This document shows positions 23,295 to 35,339 of a DNA stretch of 64,000 nucleotides, piece after piece. Position 1 is the stretch's first letter. Every line of letters begins with the position of its first letter. This DNA is from Mytilus trossulus. Lineage: Eukaryota. Location: contig NC_086378.1 of the NCBI RefSeq assembly GCF_036588685.1, forward strand, positions 69,998,001 to 70,062,000, in the 5' to 3' direction. The notes below the pieces were generated by a model. The model had not been told where the DNA came from. It worked only from the letters and a program-made list of their open reading frames with translations, and ran no database searches. The translations under genes and the position numbers were made by a program.

Positions 23295-24314
23295 TTACAG
23301 TCGACACATCATTTTTGACGAGACTTGCATCTTATCATTTAAACCATATCTAAGATACAATTTATAGGCGTCACTCTTCCAATCCCCTTGTAATTGAATG
23401 AGTTCAGAAGATACACCACATTGGAATGCCCAAGTTGCACCTCCTCTTCTGAAGCTATGAGAAGAATATTTTGTTGGATCTAACCCAATTTTCTCCACAA
23501 TGTTTTTCAAAAAAATCTGTAACATATTGTAGGACACTGGATTAGTTTTTCTACCAGATAAAACAAGAAAAGCTGGGGAAGATGCTAAAGCAGGAAATTT
23601 TGCGCACATGGCATTAAATGCACTAAAAGCACACAACGGAGAGGATAAATTTTTAACAATTGGTATTTCTAAAACTCTCTCCCCAAATTGTATAGTCTTA
23701 GACCAACAAAACTGAACTAGTAAATAATCTTCCAAAACTGAAATATTTTCTCTATGCAAACATTTAGAGCTATCATCTACTGTCCCAACCAAATTGGATT
23801 TTCTACAAATCAAATAGAAAGCAAAAAGAAAAATGCACCAATATGTGTAACTATTGATATCATCAAAATTTAATTCCTCCCTTATTTTTAATAAAATACT
23901 AGGTGTGATTGGAAGAGCTGCCCGAACTGTGTGAGGATTGCATCGTTTTAATCCCTTCATAAACAATCTAAAATAGAATGACTCAAAATGAATAAAAGGT
24001 AGATCAAAAAGTAAATGTAACACCTTAACTCCATTCAGATAATTTCTGATTGAGTCTACACTTTTGAATGATCTACTTAAAAATTGTGCAAACAAGCAAA
24101 GTGTATTTAACTCGCAAGGCAATGTCTTTAAATTATAAAAATGACAAAACAGGAAAAAGGCTTTCCACTGTATCTTTAAATTTTTTCTAGTTCCTGAAGC
24201 GTGTGCAGATTTCAAAGATTCTTGTGCTTGTGTTTTAAGCATGTGAAGATCTACAGATAAACTATGTTCACCAATTGTGACAGAATCTGAAAAAATTTGA
24301 ATCTGCATTAACAT
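23295..24314 (-). CDS. Tyrosine recombinase of the Ngaro element
   Basis: Catalytic set present: CRKSNL (R), SKT (K), HSFRRG (HxxR), GDW, AYKLY (Y). Confidence 0.93.
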   Translation of the reverse strand: MLMQIQIFSDSVTIGEHSLSVDLHMLKTQAQESLKSAHASGTRKNLKIQWKAFFLFCHFYNLKTLPCELNTLCLFAQFLSRSFKSVDSIRNYLNGVKVLHLLFDLPFIHFESFYFRLFMKGLKRCNPHTVRAALPITPSILLKIREELNFDDINSYTYWCIFLFAFYLICRKSNLVGTVDDSSKCLHRENISVLEDYLLVQFCWSKTIQFGERVLEIPIVKNLSSPLCAFSAFNAMCAKFPALASSPAFLVLSGRKTNPVSYNMLQIFLKNIVEKIGLDPTKYSSHSFRRGGATWAFQCGVSSELIQLQGDWKSDAYKLYLRYGLNDKMQVSSKMMCRL

Positions 24315-25977
24315 GTTGAATATTTCTACCTTCTATTGCTTCATAAAACTGCACAGAGTAACTATCTGACAAACTCCATCTGGACAACATATCTGGTAAC
24401 CTATTCTCAATACCGTCTATATGAATAGCTCTTAATTCACATTCTTTAATTGCACAAATAAAACATATTTCTCTAAGACAAGCTTGTAAAAAACGACTCC
24501 TTGATTTCCCTTGATTGATAACTTGAACTGAAACCATATTGTCACACTGAATACATATCTTTCTGCCTCTTTGTCCCCACAATTTCAAACACACAATAAC
24601 TGACAATAATTCCAAAGCATTTATATGTAAGCTTTGCTGTACAATGAAATCTGGAAACACACAGTGAAAAAACTGTCCATTTGAAACTCCTCCACAACCT
24701 ACCAAACATGCATCTGAAGCCATATACTCGTCTGGTTCTGTCCACTCTTGAAGATTTAACAGTGAAACACCATTATATATCTCCAAGAATTCTGACCACC
24801 AGAGAAGATCATGCTTCAATTCCTCGGAAACCTCTAAAATACAATTCTCATTTTTAAACTCCCTAAGAAAATTTAAAATTCTTGATATAAAAATACGACC
24901 TGGTCGAACACAACTAGCAATAAAATTCAGTTTTCCTATTAAGGACTGTACTTCTTTTAAAGATGCTGTGTCTTTGTTTAACCAAAATGAAACTAAGTCA
25001 AAAATCTCCAATAATCTATCAGGAGTAACTTCCATAGTCATTTTTTCCGTATCAAACCAGACACCTAAAAAACTCATTCTGTAAGAAGGACTACTCGCTT
25101 TCTTTACAGATTCTTCCAAACCACAGCTATCTAAAACCCATTTCAATTTTGTATATGAAATATCTGCTTTTTCACTTATTTCAGCACCAGCAAAATCATC
25201 TAAATAATTTGTCAAAGATATTTCATGCTTTTTGGCTATAAATCTGACAGCATTAGTCACTGACTGACAAATAAAAGCACTAGATTTTAAACCCATAGGT
25301 AAAACTCTATCAATAAAAAAATGACCTTTCCAGGTAAAACCAATTAAATTATAATCTTTTGGATCTACTGGAAATTGTCTATACGCTCTGCGCAAGTCCC
25401 TTTTAAAAATTTTACAGAATTTCCCTTTTTCTTTAATAATTTCAATAAAATTATCCACATTAGGATAATGTAGTTCTATATGTTTACCTAAATAAACATT
25501 TTTATCAATTCCATCATTGACAGATTTGCCCTTCGGAAAACTCAAATCCATGATAACTCTCCTTTCTTCCGAGTTTGCCTTTGGCACAGAATTCAAAGGA
25601 GATATTACCAAAAGATCATTAAACGGGTTTGATGCAAAAGGACCTAGTACGGCACCATAGCCTACCTCCTTTTTAATATATTTATCAATCTCTTTGGCAA
25701 AATTTCTTGCCCCAGTATGATTTTTGACAATTTTACTGTTTCCAAATTCTTCAAATTTTCTATCAAAACCTAAAGGCCAACCAAATTCTAACATATCACA
25801 GATTTCTTGATCGTTATAATCAAATAATTCTTGTCTCCAAAACTTAATACATAATTTAGAATAAACTGGAACTTTAAATAAATCAAAATTATATCCTGGA
25901 ACGCCAATGAAGGAATTGTGCAAATTCAAAAACAAATTTTGTTCTGGTAAAATAACTTCAAAAACTGCAATACACAA
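24268..25977 (-). CDS. Reverse transcriptase / RNase H of the Ngaro element
   Basis: RRVIMDLS, DLRRAYRQ, LPMGL, YLDDF; RNase H SDAC, HINALEL, CDN. Overlaps the YR ORF by 47 nt. True start is uncertain. Confidence 0.95.
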   Translation of the reverse strand: MCIAVFEVILPEQNLFLNLHNSFIGVPGYNFDLFKVPVYSKLCIKFWRQELFDYNDQEICDMLEFGWPLGFDRKFEEFGNSKIVKNHTGARNFAKEIDKYIKKEVGYGAVLGPFASNPFNDLLVISPLNSVPKANSEERRVIMDLSFPKGKSVNDGIDKNVYLGKHIELHYPNVDNFIEIIKEKGKFCKIFKRDLRRAYRQFPVDPKDYNLIGFTWKGHFFIDRVLPMGLKSSAFICQSVTNAVRFIAKKHEISLTNYLDDFAGAEISEKADISYTKLKWVLDSCGLEESVKKASSPSYRMSFLGVWFDTEKMTMEVTPDRLLEIFDLVSFWLNKDTASLKEVQSLIGKLNFIASCVRPGRIFISRILNFLREFKNENCILEVSEELKHDLLWWSEFLEIYNGVSLLNLQEWTEPDEYMASDACLVGCGGVSNGQFFHCVFPDFIVQQSLHINALELLSVIVCLKLWGQRGRKICIQCDNMVSVQVINQGKSRSRFLQACLREICFICAIKECELRAIHIDGIENRLPDMLSRWSLSDSYSVQFYEAIEGRNIQHVNADSNFFRFCHNW

Positions 25978-26016
25978 TTTACAATGATCTTTCTTATGTA
26001 AACATGCATTTAGTAG

Positions 26017-27551
26017 TCAGGCTTTTTTATTTGGGCAATTGTCTGAACACTCCGGGTGTGTTTTTTGGATATGTTCTTTTTGCCAACATGAAGCACATAT
26101 GTGATGCACAGTTCTTGTTAAACCTCTAATAACTGTAGTGTGAGTTGAGTTGCTGTGCTCACATTTATTGCGTTGATACTTAACACAAAACCAAATTTGC
26201 TCTTTACCATTCTGGTTTTTGGACACTGATCTAAAATTGGCTTGCCGCACTTCTTTTGGCAAACTTTGTCCACTTAACATAACATTTTCCAAAATCTGTG
26301 AGTCATCAGACCAAGTTTTTCTACCTAATTCAATTAATCTTAACCAAGCGGCGTAAAATTCTAAAACCGATGCCCAGTTATAAATGGAGCTAAAGTATGC
26401 GATTTTCTGTAATAATTTTAAACGTCCTTCTTTTTCCAATTTATTTTTGCAGAAATTATTTATAATTTCAAGTTCACCTGCAACAAGCATTTTAAAATGC
26501 AATTGCTTAAACTCCAAATCTTTACTCACATACTCATATTGTAAAAAATTATGTGGAAAAGACTGTGGATTTATAACTTTATCTGCAGATTTTATTTTAA
26601 GTCCTGACTTTAACTTTTTACTCTTTTTCCTTGATGATAATTTCGCTGACAATTCATAATCAGATGAATCCTCAGAGCTGGAATTTGAACTTGTTTCAGA
26701 TTCAGACTCGGTACTACTGTTCACTCTCAATACAGATTCAGGCAACTGTACTACCTTCTGAGATTTAGAATCCAAATGTTTTTCTTATGTTGAGTAGTTT
26801 AAGAAATAGAACCCTTAGCTAAATTCATTTTTTTTAATTGCTGCAATAACTCTTGTTCATTTGTTACTTTTTCGCTTTTAAATTTCACATTTTTCTCTTT
26901 TGAAGTTTCAGCGAGCTCGGACTTTCCACTAAATTTAGTGTCAAAATCCAAACCTAACCTCTTCAATTCATCATTAACCTCTTTATTTAATTTATCATTA
27001 GCTCTTAAATTTGTTAAAGTGATCTCACCCTTTGATTTCTTTGATTTCTTTTTGGGCTTTTCTTCTGATTTTGATAGCCCATCCACTTTCGCCTCTTATT
27101 CTGTGATACGTTGGTTGAGCTGCTCCCTCTTGAGTCTTTGTTTCTTTTCTTCTAATAGCTTAACTCTTAATTCCAGCTCTTCATCGGACTCCCGAGGTTT
27201 CAACTCTTCACACTCTTTGCTATTTTTCTTGAGGGGCGTGATGAATATCAATGCTGCGGCCTCATTTATCTTATTATTCTCATCATCTGACATAAGATCA
27301 AGCATGTCATCTTCCTCTGCATGCAGTTCTAATTCATCCCGATCTGAGTTATTATCGGCCATTTTCTGAAATACATACTCATATGCCATGTCATCTATAC
27401 CAGACGTTCCAAAATTATTAAATTTTTTATAGTCTATTATCGCGACTTTTCTCTTAATAGGACGATTCATAACTAACGAAAAATTAAATACAAGTAACAA
27501 AAGCTGTACAAATCTCAACGACGACAACAAGCGTTGATAAAAATTGAACAA
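26017..27551 (-). pseudogene. Gag-like ORF1 of the Ngaro element, broken by one in-frame stop and a frameshift
   Basis: Segments 27551-27096 and 27086-26799 share a frame across a TAA; 26775-26017 is in another frame and ends in a Cys/His-rich region (CVKYQRNKC...HHICASC...HPECSDNC). Confidence 0.75.
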
Positions 27552-28644
27552 ACGACGAAATGCTCAAGTTGAATAAATACTATATATAATTCGCTACATA
27601 AACGATGATTCTTTCTGAAGAAATGAACAAACGACGAAAAGCTCAAATCAAATCAAGAATAACTTTTGAAAAAAGAACAAACGACGAAACACAATGTTCT
27701 TTAACAAATTGGCTACGCTGATAGAAGTTTCAACGACAAACTAAGACATATTTAAACATAAAAATTCTAAATTATTAAAATGTTGACTACCTGTTTTCTG
27801 GTGTTTCTGAAAAGTGAAATTCAAAAGTGAGTTCTACTTTTAAATTGAATTTTTTATCCAATATAAATTACTGTACTGCGTGACCAATAAAAAACGAGTT
27901 TAATTTAATTTAGAAAGCAGAGCAACTAAACCTTGACCAGATATGTGCTCACTGTTAAATGAAGTGAAACCAATTGTCCATTTACCAGTTCACTAAATTG
28001 TTTTTCTGATTCTTCATTAATTAATCATTTTTAATCAAAAATTTACAAAATACTGTCTTATCAAAAAAGGATTGCAGTTGCCGTTTCGTCATCTGTTTAT
28101 ACAGCATGTATGACGTCTATTAAGATTATTGATTTCTATTCTTATAATAAAACAAATATTTAAAAAAACAAAATTGTAATACAAACTTTTTAGTGGCAAT
28201 ACTACATATATAATTTAAATAGTGCATGATAACAGTAGAAAGTTTATCAACAAAATCAACACAAATACCAATATTTGATTCTTTGATTAATTTGACAAAC
28301 TTAAGAAAATATTATAATAGTAATAAACATAGACAGTCTAAATGGTGAAGATATTTTTATTACTGAAATGTTTACTTGTATGTGGTTATTGTACAAGCTT
28401 GAGCCGGCAAGAGTACTCTCGTTAGGTTGCTTTATTTGTATGAAATATTATTTTTTTCAATTAATAAATTGCCCTTAAAGACAGTGTTCTAAAGCTGTAA
28501 TATTTTAAGATTGTTCACTTCTTTTTTTATCAGTATATTCAATATTCAGTTTATCCTATGATGTAGTTTCTTATGTAGTTTATATTAAATTGTGCTGCAG
28601 CTGCATTCTTTACAATTTAATAGCAGGATTTAGTTTTTCTTCAG

Positions 28645-28857
28645 GAACACAGTGGCGGTTATTACCCAGGCAATGCGTACCACTATCATTCAGGTGGTAG
28701 TTATCACGGATCCGGCTATCATGGAGTTTATAAGGGAAAGTATTACGGAAAAGCAAAGAAATACTATTATAAATATAAAAACAGCGGAAAATACAAGTAC
28801 CTGAAGAAAGCTAGAAAATACCACAAAAAGGGTTATTATGGAGGTGGTAGCAGTTAG
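28645..28857 (+). CDS. mfp-5: Mussel foot protein 5, exon 3: EHSGGYYPGNAYHYHSGGSYHGSGYHGVYKGKYYGKAKKYYYKYKNSGKYKYLKKARKYHKKGYYGGGSS*; 97-aa precursor
   Basis: cttcAG acceptor, phase 0; characteristic Tyr/Lys/Gly mfp-5 mature sequence. Missing from the ORF track. Confidence 0.97.
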   Translation, partial: EHSGGYYPGNAYHYHSGGSYHGSGYHGVYKGKYYGKAKKYYYKYKNSGKYKYLKKARKYHKKGYYGGGSS

Positions 28858-28989
28858 ACACACTTGATAGAATGGCAACTACATGAAGATCTAAAGAGTA
28901 CAATGGTATTGTTCAGCAACTATTCTAAATATGGTCATCTTCAATCGACAGATTGTCATAAAAATAAAAAAAATAAACATATATATAAT

Positions 28990-29292
28990 ATATTGTGACA
29001 TTTTTGTTATTGTGCTATGGTAATTTTTGGTATCCATGTCTGCCATTTTTGCGTATGTTCTTTGTCCATAGAGTGTCTTTAAACCATTTTTACTTTTCTT
29101 TGCTAAAATGGCCATTATTGTATTATAGTTTGTTTCTATGTGTGCTACATTTTAACGTGGTGTTTCTGTTGTGTCGTAGTTTTACTATATTTGATGTGTT
29201 TCCATCAGTTTTAGTTTGTACCCGGATTTGTTTTTTCTCTTTCGATTTATGAATTTCGAACAGTGGTACATGTATACTACTGTTGCCTTTAT
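28990..29292. repeat. Dispersed short repeat family (other copies ~8613-8730, 14900-15100, 46020-46270)
   Basis: Shared GTTTCT..TGTG..TTGTGTCGTAGTT..TTTCCCTCAGTTTT..ACCCGGATTT core. Confidence 0.6.
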
Positions 29293-31468
29293 TAACATAG
29301 TTGCTGTCAGTGTTATGAAATTGTATGTGACTGTCATACAATTGAGATGTTAAGCTAGCTTCAAAATCAGGTTTATTTCACCGTGTTATACATAAGGAAA
29401 CGTCTGTATCAAGTCAGGAATATGACAGTTCTTTTCCAAATTGTTTGATTTATTTAAGCTTTTGGCAATTGATAAGGGACTTCCCATTTTAAAATAACTA
29501 TTTTAGTTCGGGTTTTTTTTGTTATCTTTCTCGATATAACTGTTGACCACCGAAATTCTTGATTCAATACAAAAAAAAATCACGACACTTAAAATAAGTA
29601 GCAAATTAACAACAATTATCATTATAAATCAAACACAAATATTACAAGAAACTGGTGACTGCAAATTCATAAACACACATGGTATTTCTCAATTAAATAC
29701 TGATGTTTTATATGGTCATATATACAGTTGAAATATTTAAAACAAGTGTAGTGTGTAGTGATAAATGAAGTTGTAAAAACATATCTTCGATTATTCCAAC
29801 CTTGTAAAATATATTTAAAGGATTCTAAATTTATATATGCAGTATTTTTTATGTACACTTAGAATACAAAACTATTTTGAATGGGTTGTGTATCACACCT
29901 ACGTGAATAGAGAATACTTATATAGATATTTGCGGTAGTGCTCTGTGTGTTTTGAAGTTATTTCAGCGCAAAGGCTTCAACTAAAGCATCAAGCAAGAAG
30001 AGTATGGTGATATATCTTAATGAAAAAAAAAATACAGGCTTACTAGCTCTTTGTTTCTGTTATCTGGTCCCTTTTAAGACACTGCTCTATTGGACAACAG
30101 AGGTCTCTTGTCGTCGCATTGTGTCCGTTAATGACACAATTATTTATAAGATCTTTAATCATCTGTATAAGTGACAATGTCGTATTTGCTCTTTGTTTTA
30201 TCTTAAATTTCGCCTCCTGGTATGAAAAATCTACCTTATTTTAGCCCCAAAAAATATGTTTATAAAACCTATTTATAAGTTAACATTTTTATTAAGTCTA
30301 TCTCTGTGTTATAAATTTACTTATAATAAGCTAAAAATAGACTAGTATTTTTTTCTCATGATTATGCATTAGTTTACACAAATACATATTTGCCCAAACC
30401 AAAATAATGTGTAGACATTGAAATTCTCTTTCTCTGCCTCGTTTAACTTTGTGATTACTGATGTTTCGGGTCAATGCTGAATTGGATTTAAACTTAAATG
30501 CATTAAACCACGTTATTTGACAAATAAAACAAATGGGAATACGTGTGTTGTGTAAATTTCACAAGTTAGAAAATGAAAAATGCAAACGTCGATACCGGCT
30601 ATGCATGGATTATATTGATTTGTAAGTATAGAATTGACTATAATTAAATGAAAATGGTAAATAAAATACTTGGAGAATAGAATTTTGATTTTCAACAGAG
30701 GTTTTCATGGTACAAAGCAATGGCGGACCAATAATCTGCTGATTGATTGTTGCTTGATACACGCCTAGTGTGCAAACCAAGAAGGATAACAATTAGGGCC
30801 ATATAAATAACCGTCAGTCCGTCCGTCCGTCATAAACACATTGCGTCTGCTCTTTGTCGAGAGAACCGTTATAATTTTATACTTTATACTTGACATGTTT
30901 ATTAAGCAACACCAGAGGGTGTGTAATTATGTTTGTACAAATTCTAGGTCAAAATTGCAGGTCAAAATTTTGGTTTCAGCTGACAATCCCAAGTTCTATG
31001 GTAAAAATCGTGTCCAGTCTATATCTTAAGAACCGTTTGGATTTCTAGTTTCTCCTTGAAATGTGTATGAACCAGAGGGTTTATCATTATGTATGTACAA
31101 CTTCATATTTAGATGTAAATGTCCCGAAATGATAAATGAAAAAAATGAAAGCAATAAACTAAACATGTTATAAAACAAGTTAAATTAGAAATCTAACGGG
31201 CTCATTTTTGCACATTTAGATTCATTCAAGGAGCAGATAAAGGTCATGACCATTGAACTAAGCCAACTTTCTACTGATATCAACGATAACTACACACTGA
31301 TTGTTTTTTTTTTAACAATGGACCTAGAACAGGTTAAATTGCCAAAGATTTAGATAAAATGATACATTTATACAATATACTTGCAAAGTATGTATACATG
31401 TGCAAAGAATACCGTTTTCCTAAATTTGCACCAAATGTGAACAAATGGGATGAAAGTCGATGGTTTTT

Positions 31469-31516
31469 TCATCTTTGTCCCATGATTCGCATTGCAATAT
31501 CTTCCTTCCTTTCACA
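31469..31516 (-). CDS. Ig-superfamily membrane protein, last coding exon (CERKEDIAMRIMGQR*)
   Basis: ttttatgcAG acceptor, phase 0 as required by the preceding 17-nt exon. Confidence 0.55.
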   Translation of the reverse strand, partial: CERKEDIAMRIMGQR

Positions 31517-32047
31517 CTGCATAAAATCATAAATCCTGCCTATTTTATTTATCCCTCTGAATTTTTTCATCTTAAATATATGTTGTTTTGTTTCACTTTT
31601 AATCAACCTAGTTGTGAATAGAAGCAATATTTTTTTTTCTTTTTATTAAAAGTAGAACTGATAAAGCTGTCTATTTGCAAATGACACTACTTTTTACAGC
31701 TGAAAGAGCTTTAATTATTGACTTTTTTCACTACGGAAAATTACAAACTAATATTTTGGCTCTCAGTTTTGTTTTTAATTGATTCATTGGAAAAGGGTAC
31801 ATTGCATTTGATGTACTTGTGTTTTATATACACAAAAAAGGTGTAACAAAGCTATTATGCTCATTTTATCTCTATATTATGACTCTATATTATAAATCTA
31901 AGAACCATTTTGCTAGTAAACTGACCTAATCGCCCTCAACTACATGTTGATTTGAACACATGTAAATTAGTTTAACTATGATATATTTTGCAAATTGCAA
32001 TGAACAGAATTCAAACTTCGGTATAATACGTACTCATTTGGTCTTAC

Positions 32048-32064
32048 ATTCTTGGTTTTTGCAC
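32048..32064 (-). CDS. Ig-superfamily membrane protein, juxtamembrane microexon (RAKTKN)
   Basis: tttttgcAG|GTGCAAAAACCAAGAAT|GTAAG; supplies basic residues right after the TM helix. Confidence 0.6.
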
Positions 32065-33005
32065 CTGCAAAAAATGAATTGATGAATGAATTTAAAATAC
32101 AATTTACTGTAAATTATCTGAAAACCCATATTAGATTAAAGCACCAAGCAATTACATTTGAGATATTCGTGTAAAATAACTGTTAACAATTTCACAGCCT
32201 GTTATTAACTGGGGAAATGTTGGAACAGATACCAGGTGTAAACTGAATAACGTACGTTGAATGAAGAACAAAACAAACACCATATGAAAACGAAAATCAT
32301 AAACAAACAAATAGACAATAACTTTGGAATCTTTAGAGTAAAATCAAAGAAAATTAAACATAAATTATGTGGGATGGTCTTAATATTTTCTATAATGTCA
32401 ATCAATTTCATACAGGGGTTCTGCGTTCATTTTAATTTTTCGGTTAGCACAACATATTGAATAATTGCAACAATCCAATACCATAACTGTAAAATGAAGA
32501 AGAAAAAACCCGACGAAAAACAATCTAAACCTGTCTTTAGCGATACTTAACATTTCATTCAAATTTAGTTACACTAAAAAATCGGGTCTCCATATATCAA
32601 TGGGAAACTAAAAGTATGACGGATGGAAGGTCAGATGGATGGACAGACTGGCGAGAAGTTCCTTATCTAACAACGGTTCAAATGTGGTTTTATACATTGA
32701 GGAATGTTGGAATAAACTACTTTTTTGCCAGACCCTCATCTTCTACATTATTGTTTGTAAGAAGAATGGGCTGTGTTGCTTCAAATTCCTTTCATATTTC
32801 ATATTTTTTATTCTATGCTATACTTCTATTCGGGACAATATGATATTTTTCACATAATTGCATACACATGCATAATATTTTCTTAACAAAAGCAAATATT
32901 TGAGGTATGACACAACTACTTATTTAATTATCTTAAATCAACTGATTGTAGTAGCATCACTAAAAAGGTTTTAAAAAATGTGCACATATGTAAAGTACAA
33001 CTCAC

Positions 33006-33128
33006 GTTTAACAATAAAGAATGTTATTGATGAAAGTATAGCTCCCAACCCAACTACTAATGTTACTATTCCTACATCAAACATGCCTGATGTGACAGCT
33101 GGCAAACCTTTTGTTGGACACTCGATCA
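33006..33128 (-). CDS. Ig-superfamily membrane protein, transmembrane exon (IECPTKGLPAVTSGMFDVGIVTLVVGLGAILSSITFFIVK)
   Basis: cccatAG acceptor and GTGAGT donor, phase 1-1; hydrophobic helix. Confidence 0.75.
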
Positions 33129-34072
33129 CTATGGGAAAAATTAAATACTAGAATGATTATTTATTAAACATTGTTAAATAGAAAGGCTACATGTATCATA
33201 TGCGTTTTACAAAGTGGAAGGTGATGAGCATAACATTAATGTAATGAGTATTTCATTTTTTGCATGTACATTGTAGGAATTCGTTCATAGAATATTCGAA
33301 AGAAAATTTAAAGTATCAATATATTTTTTTTTTTGTATTTTATCATTTTGTTTTGGATTAAGTTTTGCTTAAGATTTCAAATAAATACTAGATGATCATT
33401 CCATAGTGCATACTACATACAATCCCTTTAAATAAAAGAAGAATACATTAAAATAATATTAAATGATATTGTAAAGAATGAGTTACTTGTAAAGAAAACG
33501 AACTTTTATTATTTTGTCTATTCTTGCCAATTGTTGAGTATGGGGGTGCACATTATTTGGTGTCTCGCCCAAACTGATGACTCCTAAAAAGAGTTTGGCC
33601 ATTTCTATAAACAGCAGAGATCCCAATAATTGGTTAAGTTAGCAATGATATAGGGATAAGTGGTACTTATTGGAAGTTATATAAAGTAAATTCAGTGATT
33701 AGTATGTGTTTTCATATACTAACCTTAACTCAATACTCTTTGATATTTCATCATTTTTTTTCTTTGCATTTTGCTATTTTAAATTAGAACAGTTTTTACG
33801 GCATATATAATATGTACATTGATATTTAATATTACCTTTAGAATGAAGTTGGCCAGAGCTAGAGTATACAAATAAAATTGTAACTTTTACTCCGGTTGGA
33901 AACTCTAAAACTAGCATGTATTTGAAAACATTCTTTATTGGCGTATCAGCCGATCTTGCAAATAACAACTTACTGGAGGCTAAATCATGGGGTAGAATAT
34001 TTGTTTAATACTTTAAACATACAAAACTCTTGAATTATACCTCATTTATTGTATTACAAAGGTAATACATAC

Positions 34073-34366
34073 ACTGTACAGTGATTGATACCTTTGCTGT
34101 CATTTTTATTTGAGTAAAATAATTATTCACATGACAACGATAGGTTCCTGTCTGACTTCTTTGTATTTGTGGCACAGTAAGAGTCCTTCCTTGGGTTGAT
34201 ACAAATTCGAATGGAACGAATTTAAAACGCCCTGTCACATTGTATTCCCATTGGTATGTACATTCCGGATTACAGGTTGCAGTACAATGTATAGGACCTA
34301 ACGTATCTCTTTCTTTTACATTGATATATGTGCTTGCAGGTTCAAGGATAACTCTATCAGGACCAT
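34073..34366 (-). CDS. Ig-like domain exon (GPDRVILEP...IHCTATCNPECTYQW...GTYRCHV...SITVQ)
   Basis: 294 nt, phase 1-1, AG/GTATGT; CxAxCxP, W and GTYxC Ig motifs. Confidence 0.88.
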
Positions 34367-35045
34367 CTTAAATATAACAAATTGAAAAGAATCTATTATT
34401 CATGTACTTAGCAATTTAACAAATTAGGGAATAATCAATACCCGTATTTCATAAATCATCAACGATAAAACTAATGATTACTGTTAATGGCAATTTTTGC
34501 ATTTATTCTTTGATCGTACTACCTTATATTGTTCTAAATGAAGGACAGGATACTCAAAATGTACGCGTTAAAATGGTTTTACTCACTATTATGTTATATT
34601 TTTCATTTTCAGTAAAAAAAAAACTGAAGTTACATAAAACAAATGACCGATAAAATGAATAATGGCATCCTTTATTATACCAACTACAGTAGACTCAAAT
34701 ATCATCTTACCATAAAAAAAAAACATGTAAGTACTTAACAATCAACATGATCAATGTTGGCAATTTTTGCTTACTAAGACGTTCAAACTCTGAAATTTCC
34801 ATGTTTTAGCTTACTATTAGGATGTTCCAACCACTTTAATCTATCTTTACTAACTCAATTGCTATCTTTATATTATTACATTATTACGCGAAACAGTTGC
34901 ATGTAGAAATAATATAGAAATAAAGTTCACACTTAACCTAACATAGTAATGGGTTTCTTTTTATAAATAAACGAGATTCAATATTTATTTTATATTGGTG
35001 TAATATACTGCGATCCAAGTAATTCACTAATTGATTTATACATAC

Positions 35046-35339
35046 ACTGTACATTAATTGCTATATCTGATATCTTATAAGTTTGATGTTGATAGTAATC
35101 CACTTGACAACGAAAGGTCCCGTTCTGGCTTCGTTTCATATAAGGCACAGTAAGAGTTTGGTTTTGGTCTGATAGTAAACTGTTTTTGACCTGTTCAAAG
35201 TGTCCTGTCTTGTTGTGTTTCCATTGGTATGTACATATCGGATTGCAGGCTGCAGTGCAATGTATAGGTCCCAGTGTACTGTTTTCTGTCACATTGATAG
35301 ATGTGCGACCAGGATCAAGGACAACTTTGTCAGGACCAT
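35046..35339 (-). CDS. Ig-like domain exon (paralogous repeat)
   Basis: 294 nt, phase 1-1; IHCTAACNPICTYQW...GTFRCQV. Confidence 0.88.

Larger units (their letters stand above)
21419..28049 (-). mobile_element. Ngaro-type tyrosine-recombinase (DIRS order) retrotransposon, full length, in mfp-5 intron 2
   Basis: Split direct repeats in element order A1 (28049-27664), ORFs, B1 (22337-22090), A2 (22091-21706), spacer, B2 (21664-21419). ORF order gag, RT/RH, YR, hydrolase. No target duplication. Confidence 0.95.

Noticed and set aside
26384-27369. Plus-strand Ser/Phe/Leu-rich ORFs
   Set aside because: Antisense shadows of the Lys/Glu-rich gag ORF.
33480-33860. Possible small stalk exons of the Ig gene (e.g. 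33836-33858)
   Set aside because: Splice-like signals exist, but I could not build a phase-consistent chain; the flanking exons already join in phase 1.
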